Assembly: GCF_902652985.1 (NCBI RefSeq)
Contig: NC_047017.1
Span: forward strand, 26,598,001-26,662,000
Direction: 5' to 3'
DNA length: 64,000 nucleotides
Origin: Pecten maximus
Taxonomy: Eukaryota
Under the pieces are notes generated by a model that saw nothing but the letters and a program-made list of their open reading frames with translations, ran no database searches and was not told the DNA's origin. This document shows, one piece after another, positions 27,166 to 40,230 of this stretch (positions are counted from its first letter, which is position 1; each line of letters begins with the position of its first letter). Both the position numbers and the translations under genes were made by a program.

Positions 27166-30100
27166 ATGGCTGCCTCGAGCTTAGAAGAACAAGAGGCGCC
27201 TACAGAGTTTGAATTATCGTCGTCATTTGGCAGTTCATCCGGACTCAAAATCGCTATAGAACGTTGTCCAGTGTGTGAATACAGCAAAAGACCATTTTAT
27301 TGTAAAATATGCGTGAACCAGGGCCTGTTTGTGCACTCCAAAGGCACATACCCAGAAAGGTGCGTAGTTTGACAGATGGTGCCAATAATATCTCAGGTAC
27401 AATGTAAACAAAAAGAAAGTACAGTACAACATACGGTCACTTCCCGTTTTGTCAATATGCTTTTGATTTTGTATTGTGCAATTGAGATAACTGTTCTTTT
27501 TTCTGGAAAGTTATTGTTTATGAAAAAGGTTCTAATTTATACAATCAAATTAAAGGCGAGTGTGAGTCATATATATACACAGGGGCTCGATATTTTAAGT
27601 AACATATGAAATCAGTTAACAAAAACAACGCTATAAATCAAGGATTCATATAACATATTCTGAAACCTTGTTAAAACGCATACATCGATAATCTCAATTT
27701 TTATGAGGTTTCGGAATATTTGAATACTTATAATTTATAGTGTTGTGGCTGTTAACTGATGTCATATGTGATAGGTGGCAGAAACAACCAAAAACCTTGC
27801 TTCTTTCTATCAGTTTATTTCTCAGTTGACAGGAGCGTCGCCACATATATATTTCAGGAGATAGGGAAAAAAACCCTGGAAAATAAAAGCCATTATCTAA
27901 AATGCTACCAAGTTATAATTACATGAACAGACATTCTGTACCAGCATGACAAATAGTCGCGTAAAATTGTTATTCAACATTTGTCCGCGCAATATTAGGC
28001 AATTACAGGAATTACATACCTTTAACTATCGTGGTGACATGTAGTCAGGATAATGTCAGTCAATCGTAACTGGTATATATCTTGTATTTCGACGTGGTCC
28101 CGTAGAACGTACTTGTCCGTCGATAACATGGCTAGTGCGCCGCTCCCCCCAAACACTCCACTTAAATACACCCACAAACACGCCTTTTTTACACGTTCAC
28201 ACTCACTTGCATGCGCTTCACACTTTGACATACCTGGACACAACCGGACAAACAGGTTACAAATATAGACACAATATTACATGACCACTGAACGCACATG
28301 GACACTATAAATAGACACACAGGTAAACAGAGAACACTCTCTGTAACCAGTAACGCATATAAATACACTTGACAATACAATAAGATGACGATTGACCCTA
28401 CGACACATATGTTGTATTTAGAATCCCGAAACCGAGCCCGTGGTGTCTTCAGTACTGTATATATTATAGGAATACTTAACTTCTACAGTCTTTTCACCTT
28501 GGACCCAGCTGGACAAGGTAATATTTAAAACGTGTCTTTAAATTCCCAACTATAGCAATGATATTTTAGATAACCATTGGAATTAACTTAAAATTTAAAT
28601 GTTGTTTTGAACTTTCAGGTTTACAGATAAAAGTCACAAGTTAGAAATCCTTACAAAGGAGAGAGACTCGGTGCTACAGCAGTAAGATTCAGTTTAAGTT
28701 CCATGTTTTAACAGGAAAAAAATCCATCAATGTTATATTTTCAAACATGAAAAATTGCATATTGAAATTAGGTTAAATTATACCTTTTCCTTTTAGTTTT
28801 TTTTTATCAAAATTTTTAATGATTTTCGCAGAACGATATGAAATACTGCTTCTGATCTTATTAAGCAACAATATGATAAATTATTCAGATAATAATAAAT
28901 GACTATCTGTAATTATTATCAACCATACACCAAACGAAAAAGACAGTACATGCAATCTTTTATTTTAGAGTGAAACAATCAGTATACAAGAAGCACGTCA
29001 TTGATCAAAAGGTAATCACATGTATCAACTTAATCTGTTACTTTTTTCCCATATTTTATTATTCATGATTCAATCACTCTTTGAAACAAATTAAAAAAGT
29101 ATGGAAATAAATCAAAGATAATTGGTAAACTTTCCCCCTGTTTCTTAAGTGAAATTCTACTCAAAAGTCTCGATATAGGAAGACCTTTGGGAGTGCATCC
29201 AAGTGACATCAATCATACTAGTGAAAGTAAATCAGGACATCTGTATTGAATGATTTATCTTTGTTTTTATTTTCTTGATAGAAAAAAGGTTTGACAGCTG
29301 AAGTTTGATATTTTCAGAAACAAGAAATCCAGGAATGTAAAAGAAAGATCACATTGCTCAAACTAACACTGTCTGCTTCTAAGGAGATGAAATCAGCAGG
29401 TATTTTACTATATAAACCAAGTTATTTTAGTTGTAGATGTACATGTGTGGCTTCTGTTGAAATCTTACTAGTGGTGATAATTTTAATTTTAGTTCCATGC
29501 TTTGTCATTTTCAACCTCAAAATGTATGTACCTATTTGTAGATATGTGGTATTATTGATTGCTATAATTAATGATTTTGTTTTTGCATATCTTGTCTTCA
29601 AAGTATGTTTAAAAGTAGATAAAATGGTGAAAAAGCATAATGTATATTACCAGCTGGTAGATGTATAGTAATCAAATTATGAAACAAGTCATTGTTAAAA
29701 TGGTGACATGAACAGTAGGCTTCAATTAGCTACAGGGGATGTATAACATTGCATTCATATGTAGGCTCCTAGGGACATGTTTTATCACTGCTCTAGGAGC
29801 TTCATTTAAACAGATTTGGATAAAATCTCATACAATGGTGAGAATATAAACCTTGAATGATTTTCTGTTTTCGGGGGATAAGGTCACTATTTCTATCTAT
29901 AGAAAATCTTTGTCAGTGCTGAAGCTTCACCATTAAATGTCACCAGTGTTGCAATTAGTACATTTTCTTTTAATACCTGAAACCTCTTCAAACAAGTACA
30001 AGCATCGAAAATTAATTGATTAAACTGCAAATACATATCAAATTCATGATAAAGCGATGGTGAAAAGTAACAGTTTTTCTGATATGAAATATTTCTCTTT

Positions 30101-33100
30101 TGCTGTGAAAAATAGGATAAGAGATGATACCTTATAGCAACATTCAGACCCTCAGGACATAAGTGACAAAGTTATATAGGCCGTCTATTTATCACATAAC
30201 TATCAAAAATTATATAAAGAACAAATGAACCTTTAAAACACATCAACAATTATTTTCTTTAGAAAGGCAAGCATTAGATGTGATCAGCAGAGAAAACCAT
30301 GCAAGGCGTGTAAAGGGTCGCAATCACCAGGAGAAAAAGCAGAGAATAAAGGATTATATCAAGCTTATAAGGACATCCAATGGAGTGAAATTTAATACTC
30401 TAGGAGATGTCCTGGAGAACCTTTCAAAGGAGAGGAAGAAACATGTAGCTGACCTGACACATTATATATTTCCAGTACTGGAAGTCAGACGTGACAGGTG
30501 ATATTTAATTTCATCAAGTTTGCTTTTCACTTAATCTTTTTTGTATTATGCATTTGATAAAGCATCATCTAAAGTCCATGGGGATTTCCTAGAATATCTC
30601 TACAGTGCAGTAGTTGTTTATTATCTATCTGTGAGGATATCATTTCCTTTATTTACTGAAAAATGCAATTGATATGTTATGAAAAGCTTATATAAAGTCA
30701 ATATAAAATTAACAAATGCATGTATGAAAAATTATGGAAATTATAAAAGAAAGTATTTACTGTCTTCATCTTCCACAAACAGAGAATAAATGTGTCATCC
30801 TGTGTTACAGTATGGTTGAGGAAAGTGCAAACTCTGCCAGTACAGAAAAGGCTCTACGGGATGCTACCCATACGACATACATCCGCGGCCAATGGGTGTA
30901 CACAGATGGTAACAATGGTGATTTCAGGATTGTAGAACCAACACTTCCCTCTACAGGCGACTACTCACCCTACAATATATGGGGTAAGGTCAAGGAGATT
31001 TGTCCACACAATAAAGGATAAGATTACATTTCCTGACATTTGAAAACTTAAACATTTGTTTAAAAGGGCATTTTTCTTCCATCAGCAGATATGAGTTACA
31101 CAGTAATTTTATAAGATTTATAAATGAAAGAAACTTACACTCATATTTGTGACTAACTGTGATGGAATGTGTACAGAACATCCACATAACTCTGCCAATG
31201 AGCACCTACACTGCAATTTTCTGTCATGCCTCCTTCGCTTCTTTTAGATATCACATGACACAACAGACCACCGTAAACAGATCACAGCATGGCGAGTGAT
31301 GTATGTGTATTGTTTTTGGTGATGATAAGCCCCAATATTAATTCGTTCCTCCCTGATTACTTATGTAAGGGTAATATGCATACTTAGTAAATGAGTTAAG
31401 AATAACAAAACACATCAAAGATATTACATAAAAAAACGAACTTTCACTTGTAAACAAAACATATAACATGCATGTAAATGAAGGAAATGGCAATAGACTT
31501 CGTACCAAGATAAGACAAATACACAGTATACTTGAAAAATCTTTTATTGTGGTTCAATGAGCTAATATTTAGTTTTAATGTCTGTTATTTGACAGCAACG
31601 TAGCAGGTGTAACTTGAAACATAACTTCGTTATGAACTGTGTCAGACTGTTAAGTCAAGAATCCTGCAAAAACAATGTAAATTCCTTGTTTGACTCGACT
31701 GACACAGACTCCATTGCTCCTCTTCCATCTTCCCATCTGTTTCCGATATTTATATGACATTTAAGCATTGAACTGTTACCAAATGGTAGTATACAGTCGA
31801 TATGAATACAATTTGGGTGACAGATAAATAGAATGTCGCCCGTTAGGACGACATGAAATATTTATTTGTCACCCAAATTGTATTCATATCGACTGTATAC
31901 TACCATTTGGTAACAGTTCAATGCTTATATTTACATTCATAATTTTATCTTATTTACTGTAGCTTAAGACGCATTTAAATTTGACGCTTCTCCCATCACT
32001 GACGTCATCAAGTTCAAATACCGGAACAGCCGAAATTTCCAGAAGGAATAATATAGTCCCTCATGTCGCTATCAATAGCAATCACATGAAATGTTTTTTG
32101 CACAATTTGGCTTTATATTATATTTTATAAACGTTTGTAGATATCTTCAAATTGTTCACATTTGCATAATATCTGATTGTTTAAAAATAAAGCCTTTTTT
32201 CGGCGCAATGATATACGGTTAACATTTAGAAGTGATGCGGCGTTGAACGGGTATTGCACAGGACAGACTTGATTCCTCGGAAACACTTATGTTTCATCGA
32301 CTGGATTAGCGTTATTTTCAGAGGAATATCATCTCTTAAATTCTAAATGTACGTCGTCTTGACAGTAGGTGAAAACGTTTCTAAGGATATTTCATTAGAA
32401 ACAGAATCCAGTCTAACCGGCCACATCAGTGTCGCTAACTTAGCAGACGATGTTCAACTTCACATGGGCTCGATTTTGGAGTAAGGAAGGCCTTTGACAT
32501 CAGTGAATAACCACATAACTATAATTCAGTATGCATACACAACCAGAAACCATGTCAATACTGTCGATTTTTCACAAGATTTTTTTTATAAATGCTGGAC
32601 TTAAAATGTTGTCGTGTCTAGCATTTCCGACAATTCGACAACGAGCCCCTGTGTGATGACAGTGACAATTTGATTCCTTCCTATAGGCCTAGATCAGGAA
32701 TATAGAGCTTATAATAATTTTGTGTCATTTTTTTTATTATTAAATTTTACTCTCATAACTTGCGTTGCTTTTTTGTAGTGGTTTATGTAGATAAATGCCA
32801 GCATTCGAAAGCTCTCTATACCGAATGTAACTGTGGACCATTGTTTTAACCTATACCTGAAGCTGTATTCCTACACAGATCGAATCACTGTAAATTGTAG
32901 TATACAGTCTCATGAATACAATTTGGTTTACTAACGACATATAGGCAAATGCAACACAGAATGTAAATATTTTAGGATGTTCGCTGTATTGTCTTGTCCG
33001 CATTTTCTAACTGATTCCGATTTCAGTGACCCATTAGTTAATTGCTAGCTCATGGAGCTGAGTTCATCATTTTCCTTTTTATTCGTGAACTTGTCTGCCC

Positions 33101-35297
33101 ATGCTCTTATTTATAGCCATTGGCGGTGATTGTCGCACTTCAGGTAGAAGTTACCTTTTCAAAAAATTTGATGTTCAAGAACTTTGGTTATCTTTGGACT
33201 TTTTGGTGGTAAATTTCATAACTTTTACTATTTTAGAAAAATGCAAGATTACCGTTTAATTTTTATTATTATAAACTCATATCAGTGACAGAATGCTCCT
33301 TTAACAAAGACATATTTAGAAAGTTTTAAGGAGAGTTTTATACAGATACTTTTTTTGGAAATCAATCACTGTTTTTTCATTGTTAGCATGTAAACAAGAA
33401 ATACCATAATATAAAATATAATCTGTTTTGCAGTGGCCACAAGCCGTGAGAACAATGGTGATCCTGACAACAGCCTACGTAACCCTGGTCACAGGATCAG
33501 TGCAGCGCTGTGCTATGCCAGTCAGTTGGTGTCCATTCTCTCATCTCTGTTAGACGTACCTTTAGTTCATCGACAGAATTACAGGTAAGAGCAAGTCATA
33601 TGATATGATCACAGAATTACAGGTAAGAGCAAATCATATGATATGATCACAGAATTACAGGTAGGAACAAATCATCTGTGGTATGATAATAGTATAACAT
33701 GTAGAAACAAATCATCTGTGTTTTGATAACAGAATTACAGGTAGGAACAAGTCATCTGTGTTATGATTACATAATTACAGGTAAGAGCAAGTCATCTGTG
33801 TTATGATCACAGAATTACAGGTTAGAGCATGCCATCTGTGTTACGATCACAGAATTACATGTAGAAACAAATCATCTGTGTTTTGATAACAGTATTACCG
33901 GTAAGAACAAGTCATATGTTATAATCACATAATTACAGGTAGGAACAAGTCATCTGTGTTATGATCACAGAATTACAGGTAGGAATACCGGTAAGTCATC
34001 TGTGTTATGATCACAGAATTACAGGTAAGAATACCGGTACGTCATCTGTGTTATGATCATAGAATTACAGGTAGTACCAGCTCATCATGTCTTATAATCA
34101 TATCACTCTATATTATCATGTTCCAAGCACTACACCTACACGAATGCATATAGCTATTTATGATTTTTACTTTTAATGTTCTGAATGTCAAACCTTTAAA
34201 GATAAACATTTAGCTACTGTATGGTAGCCTGATTTTACACCTGTGTATTTCAGTATATTTTGTGGTGCCGAGGTGACAGAGAAGAACTTTCGGAACTCTG
34301 TTGCTTGCCTCAACCAAAATGTGCTATACCTCTGCTTCTCTCAAGGACTGGCAGACTGCCCTCTCATCGATCCAAGGAATACATTAGGAAACATCTGCCT
34401 CCTTGTCCGGCATACAAGTCTGGGAAGGTAAATTCTTATGATGCTGAATTAAAAAAAAAAAGAGTGGTCTAGTATCCATTTTGATGTCTTGTATTTTACC
34501 GAGGGCATACATGTAAAAAGAACATGACAAATAATGTAGAGCTGATGCTTGATAAGGTTATGCATGACTTCTTTAATTATTGGTTCAGACAAATCTTAAT
34601 AAGAGTGTAGTACATTAAATTTACTTTTTGTAATTCATTATGAATATGTCAAGTTTGACATCTTTTACTTTACCGAGGGTACATGTATATCTGTATAAAG
34701 TAAATAGAAATTTATGTAGCACTGGTATCCTTATGAGAGAATATCTGTCATTTTACTTTTTTTTGTGAATAATTATGAGTACATTGTATGTTATTGATTA
34801 ACAGAATCACAAATAAATAGTTATGGATAATTTCATTGCAGTTATAAATATCATTGAAATATTTATTCTATTTAAGATGAACTACAACTAGAAAAGGAAT
34901 ATGTTTTGGATGATTATCCATTTTAGTGTCATATTATTTAAGTTTTATTTTACAATCCAACAGAGTGCAGTCCTTTATTGTGAATCAAGAACTGCTCCAG
35001 TCTGTAGGGGAGATAACTGTGTCAACAGATGAAGAGCGAGAAGAAGATGAATGTCAGGCAGAGCTCTTCACACGTGAAGGTGAGATTGGACTGCCACCAG
35101 ACTGGGAGGAAGTACCACATAATATTGATGAGAGTGAAATAGGAAATCGTACAGTGTTCAGTTCAACCCTGCAATCTACATCATACTGCCCTCCGACCTC
35201 TGACCCAGCTCATCTCACTGCCAGTGCATTTGTCACCTCAGCTGCAGCCTCCCTTGTATCCTTCTTCAGAGGGCCTACACCTTCTGACAAAAGATGA
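27166..35297 (+). CDS. ATG14: Beclin 1-associated autophagy-related key regulator (ATG14/Barkor); 9 coding exons, about 482 aa
   Basis: Exons 27166-27359, 28619-28681, 28969-29011, 29318-29399, 30263-30497, 30811-30983, 33434-33584, 34254-34427, 34964-35297 join in frame (1449 nt). Recognisable ATG14 motifs: N-terminal Cys pairs ERCPVC..CKICV, a coiled coil, TTYIRGQWV, LPSTGDYSPY, ISAALCYASQLV, LNQNVLYLCFSQ, DWEEVP and a BATS-like amphipathic end (VTSAAASLVSFFRG). Confidence 0.95.
27602..27769. repeat. Imperfect long inverted repeat (probable fold-back MITE) in ATG14 intron 1
   Basis: acatatgaaatcagttaac...caacgctataaat...tattctgaaacct is mirrored by aggtttcggaata...atttatagtgttg...gttaactgatgtcatatgt. 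Confidence 0.7.
31762..32970. mobile_element. Palindrome-headed non-autonomous repeat element (type B) in ATG14 intron 6
   Basis: A 166-bp palindrome (31762-31927). atatttacattc (31927-31938) pairs with gaatgtaaatat (32959-32970), and a partial arm copy lies at 32897-32926. Confidence 0.7.
33573..34080 (+). repeat. Minisatellite of 13 units (38-46 bp) that starts inside ATG14 exon 7 and includes its splice donor
   Basis: Unit acagaattacag|gtaagagcaagtcat[a/c]tg..ttatgatc. Donor-like GT positions: 33585, 33623, 33661, 33701, 33741, 33781, 33821, 33861, 33901, 33939, 33979, 34025, 34071. Confidence 0.92.
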
Positions 35298-37734
35298 CAT
35301 CAGTCATTTTGTAGTTTTCTTCTAGTATCTATAATATTGAAGCCATTTTTTAATAGCACTGCTATTCTACAGACATGTTTTCTTTATGCTGTAAGGCTTT
35401 TAAGATAATTTTTATATCGTTTATCAATTTGAAGCACATTCTATATTTAATACAACAGCACTGTAAAAAAATAATTTTAAAAAATTTTGAAAAGCTTATC
35501 TTTGTAAGCAAATTAGGTATTTTCATATATAGATTTATTGTAAATTCTTGAATATTTCGTACTAGGTTTTTCTTAAACAGAATTTTGCTTGTATGGCATT
35601 TTCTGCTTATGAATTGAAATGTATTCTAAATCATTACATTTAAGTTCTGTAATTGTTTTTGCTAATAAAAAGAATATTGCCCATTAAAATTAAGTTGTGG
35701 GTCCATCAGAAAAAAAATTTGCAAATGCAGGTTTTCTTTAGAAAAAAATGAATTCATTGTTGAATTTATATTTTGTATGCATGAAATGTTATAAACAGAT
35801 GCCTATGCTTTGCACAATTATCATCAAATCAGAAACTAAACTGATGTCAAATATGCCAATGCTACATTCTGCATTATGACAGATCTAGATGTGTGAACGG
35901 ACCAAACTCTTCATAGTTTATAAGTACTGATACTTGATTAGCATGACCTTGAATAAATAAGCCAGTATGTGATAGAATGGTTGATATATTTTAATGCTAT
36001 TATTGTGAGTCCAAATTATGGAGTGTAGCTACCTCTAACTTCATAAGAAATATCCTGTGTATCAATACTGCCATAATTTGAGACGTACTATTTTTGCTGA
36101 AGGAAATAAATAGCCATTTTTTGTTTATTCTTCACAAGAATTTTCCTATTCAGTTTTTGAAAATAGGAATGTGTGCAACACTACCTGTAATATATTTATG
36201 GGACATCGATCATAAAAACAAATCCATGTTCACTTATGAATTATTATAATTTACAAATTCATATTTTATTTTATCTTCTATCTTATTGTTCTCAAAGGAT
36301 GATGTTTTTTATTTGATTCCACGTGCCAAATATCAAGTTCAAAAAGTGTATATTTGTTTCATTAGTGTTTATATCAAAGTTATAAAATGTAATATCTACA
36401 CTGTAATGTAATATGTTGAGGTAATCATCTGGCTAAGTGTTAATTATTGACCGAGCAATGATTTCAGTCTCAAAAAATCAATCAACTGCCCATGTGCTGA
36501 AATGAGGCTAAAAAGCGATCATTATATGTTGGAAATGGCTGACAAATATTCTTATGTCCAAAATCGAGAAATAAATTTAATTTTAAAACAAAATGGTTAA
36601 CACAGGTTTATTACCAATGTGCATGTATATGACTAAATCCAGGACTGACAAAGTCCCTAGTACCAAAATGGCTTTAAGCATGGATACTGCCATCTGAATT
36701 TGTCCTAAACCCTTTTGATATTTTTTTAAATACACAACAGTAAAGATAAACAGAACTTGTAAATGTTTGGTTTTTAACATTTTCCCTACAGTTAAATTTT
36801 ACACTGTGAAAAAAAAATCAAATTGAATTTGTCTTTTTCTAAAATAATTGCTTTGGTATAAATTATGCTGCTATGTTTGTCAAGACTCGAGAGTATTACT
36901 CAAGTGAATTTTTATTGTAATATTGTCCTTCCTGAAGGTTAATGAGGTAAAATACTTAATGAAACATTTACACCATGCTGTATATCGATGTTGTATATTA
37001 GATACTGTTAATGCACGTTATTGATGTGACAATGGATATGGAAACCGAAATGTTGACTTCTTAGTTTTCATATCAAATTAAGTTTGTCAGAAGTTTGATC
37101 ATTTCATTAAAATTTGATAAATATTTAAAAACAAAAAAATGAACACATTAGGTAATGTCCAAACTTGTGCCTTTGTTTAAATGGTTCATATGATTTACAA
37201 TTTTTGAAATACTTTATTAATTTTTTACCAAAGCAATATACCTACACCAGAACAACACTTGTATACAAATCCTATGATTGTTATAGTAAAGAAAATCGTA
37301 TCCGGAATTTGATCAGTTTGTTGACTCTTGTATTAGTGACTACATGTCACATGACTCTTTTGATCTCTGTCCCTCCAAGGGTTATCTTTTTTACATTGTA
37401 AGTTACAAATGTACCACAATCGCTTTATGATAGGGTTTTTTGGTTTGAGTGTGGTATCAAAACAAATTGTGAAGATCCCCGTGTTATGTAGTTCTGCCAT
37501 ACATGTAAAGATGCATCAAATACGAGTTAGGATTCAGGTGCCATCCAACCAGATGAGTTAGTTTCACCTAGACTACATATACTGTTGTTTTTTTCATTCA
37601 CTTTAAATTGTATAACGATCTCTTAACTGGTCTGTCAAATAAAACCTAAGGCTACACATGGCTGAATCATATCTTAAACAGTAATTTTACAACAGGTGCT
37701 AGGAGAAGCAAACTTATAACAATCTTAATCATTG

Positions 37735-37823
37735 GATAGGAAATGATATAAGCTCTAAGCTTGTTAATCATCCCATATGAAATATTTGTATTTTGAGTAT
37801 TGAATAAAGAATATTGTTTAAAC
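37735..37823 (+). mobile_element. Isolated 3' terminus of a LINE related to the 24-26 kb element
   Basis: atataagctctaagcttgtt..atccc....tgaataaagaatattgtttaaac matches atataagctttaagcttgtt..atccc....tgaataaatattgtttaaac at about 26191-26286. Confidence 0.65.
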
Positions 37824-38197
37824 TAAAACATCCATTAGTAATAATAAGGGTTTTCTGGAAATTCTTTGATCAAAGAAGAATGTTCATATTCAAACATAAA
37901 ACTGGGCTATTTTTGAGATTCTATACAGTTCAATAACTTATGGTTATTACCACACACTACTGGAGGGTTAACTAGAGACTTTTCTCATCGGCTTTCAGAA
38001 GAAAGATATCCAGATCATATGTTGAACTGTGCCCATACTATCTCAGGGCGAAACACTATGCCTACAAGTTGTTGTTGTTGTTAATGTGTTAAACTTTGTC
38101 ATTGAATCTAATAAAATTTAGCAATATGAGAAGATTTGTTTATGTGTTCAGTTCTCATTTGTATAGTTAGTAGTTTCAATTTTATTACCGCAATACT

Positions 38198-40230
38198 TTT
38201 TAGCTCACCTGGACCGAAGGTCCGGTGAGCTTATGCCATGGCGCGGCGTCCGTCGTCAGTCCGTCAACATTTGCTTCAAATCGCTACTAGTCATAAAGTT
38301 CTTATTGGATTTTGAACCAAATTTGGCCAGAAACATCCTTGGTAGCATGGGAACAGATTTTGCATCAATGGTGATTCTGACCCCCGAGGGGCCAAAGGAG
38401 CGGGGCCAAATATGGGAAATAGAGGTAATTCCTCTAAATCTCTACTAGTCATAAAGTTATGAATGGATTTGAACCCAATTTGGTCAGAAACATCCTTGGG
38501 GGAAGGGGAAGAGATTTTGCATAAATAGTGGCTCTGACCCCCGAGGGGCCAAAGGGGCCGGGCCAAATATGGGAAATAGAGGTAATTCCTCTAAATCTCT
38601 ACTAGTCATAAAGTTTTGAATGGATTTGAACCCAATTTGGTCAGAAACATCCTTGGGTAAAGGGGAACAGATTTTGCATAAATGGTGGCTCTGACCCCCG
38701 AGGGGCCAAAGGGGCGGGGCCAAATATGGGAAATAGAGGTAATTCCTCTAAATCTCTACTAGTCATAAAGTTATGAATGGATTTGAACCCAATTTGGTCA
38801 GAAACATCCTTGGGGGAAGGGGAAAAGATTTTGCATAAATTGTGGCTCTTACCCCAAAGGGACCAAAGGGGTGGGGCCCAATAGGGGAAATAAAAGTAAT
38901 TCCTTTAAATCGCTACTTGTCATAAAGTTATGAATGGATTTGAACCCAATTTGGTCAGAGATGTCTTTGGGTGAAGGGGAACAGATTTTGCATAAATGGT
39001 GGCTCTGACCCCCGAGGGGCCAAAGGACGGGGCCCAATAATGGAAATAAAGGTAATTCCTTTAAATCACTACTAGTCATCAAGTTATGAATGGATTTGAA
39101 CCAAATTTGGTCAGAAACATCCTTGGGGGAAGGGGAAGAGATTTTGCATAAATGTGGCTCTGACCCCCGAGGGGCCAAAGGGGCGGGACCCAGTGGGGGG
39201 AAGTAGAGGTAATTCCTTTGAATCGCTACTAGTCATCAAGTTATGAATGGATTTGAACCCAATTCGGTCAGAAACATCCTTGGGGGAAGGGGAAGAGATT
39301 TTGCATAAATGGTGGCTCTGACCCTAAAGGGGCCAAAAGGGCGGGGCCCAGTGGGGGAAAATAGAGGTAATTCCTTTGAATCGCTACTAGTCATCAAGTT
39401 ATGAATGGATTTGAACCCAATTTGGTCTGAAACATCCTTGGGAAAAGGGGAACAGATTTTGCATAAATGGTGATTCTGACCCCCGAGGGGCCAAAGGGGC
39501 GGGGCCCAATAGGGATAATAGAGGTAATTCCTTTAAATCACTACTTGTCATAAAGTTATGAATGGATTTGAACCCAATTTGATCAGAAACATCCTTGAGG
39601 GAAGGGGAACAGATTTTGCATAAACGGTGACTCTGACCCTAAAGGGGCCAAAAGGGCGGGGCCCAGTGGGGGGAAGTAGAGGTAATTCCTTTGAATCGCT
39701 ACTGGTCATAAAGTTATGAATGGATTTGAACCCAATTCGGTCAGAAACATCCTTGGGGGAAGGGGAAGAGATTTTGCATAAATGGTGGCTCTGACCCTAA
39801 AGGGGCCAAAAGGGCGGGACCCAGTGGGGGAAATAGAGGTAATTCCTTTGAATCGCTACTAGTCATCAAGTTATGAATGGATTTGAACCCAATTTGGTCT
39901 GAAACAGGGGAACAGATTTTGCATAAATGGTGACTCTGACCCCCGAATGGCCACAGGGGCGGGGCCCAATAGGTGAAATAGAGGTAATTCCTTTTAAATC
40001 GCTACTAGTCATAAAGTGATGAATGCATGTTCTATAAACAATTCTTGAGGTCTTTCAGACCTTAGAGAGTCTGGACTTCATTAATCTTTAAAGCAGTTCG
40101 GATTCCCACACTATAACCATATATAGCATTGTTAGAGTTTTACAAATAAAACAAATTGAATATGAACATTATTTCGACATTTGGTCTAATCCAACCAGGT
40201 GAGCGATACAGGCCCCATGGGCCTCTTGTT
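38198..40230 (+). mobile_element. Non-autonomous Helentron-type (HINE/pearl-like) element with an internal 157-bp satellite array
   Basis: 5' TTTT followed by hairpin agctcacctggaccgaaggtccggtgagct (38202-38231) and a short (gtcc/gtc) microsatellite. Eleven units of about 157 bp follow (38284-40001). The 3' end has the subterminal inverted copy ccaggtgagc (40195-40204), the palindrome aggccccatgggcct (40210-40224) and cttgtt. The site is T-rich with no TSD. Confidence 0.85.

Noticed and set aside
33573-34080. CRISPR-like appearance of regularly spaced repeats (also 38.3-40.0 kb and 61.8-64 kb)
   Set aside because: The units are contiguous tandem copies with no unique spacers, there are no cas genes, and the context is eukaryotic.
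38233-39178. ORFs inside the 157-bp satellite
   Set aside because: They are repetitive translations of a non-coding element whose unit length is not a multiple of 3.
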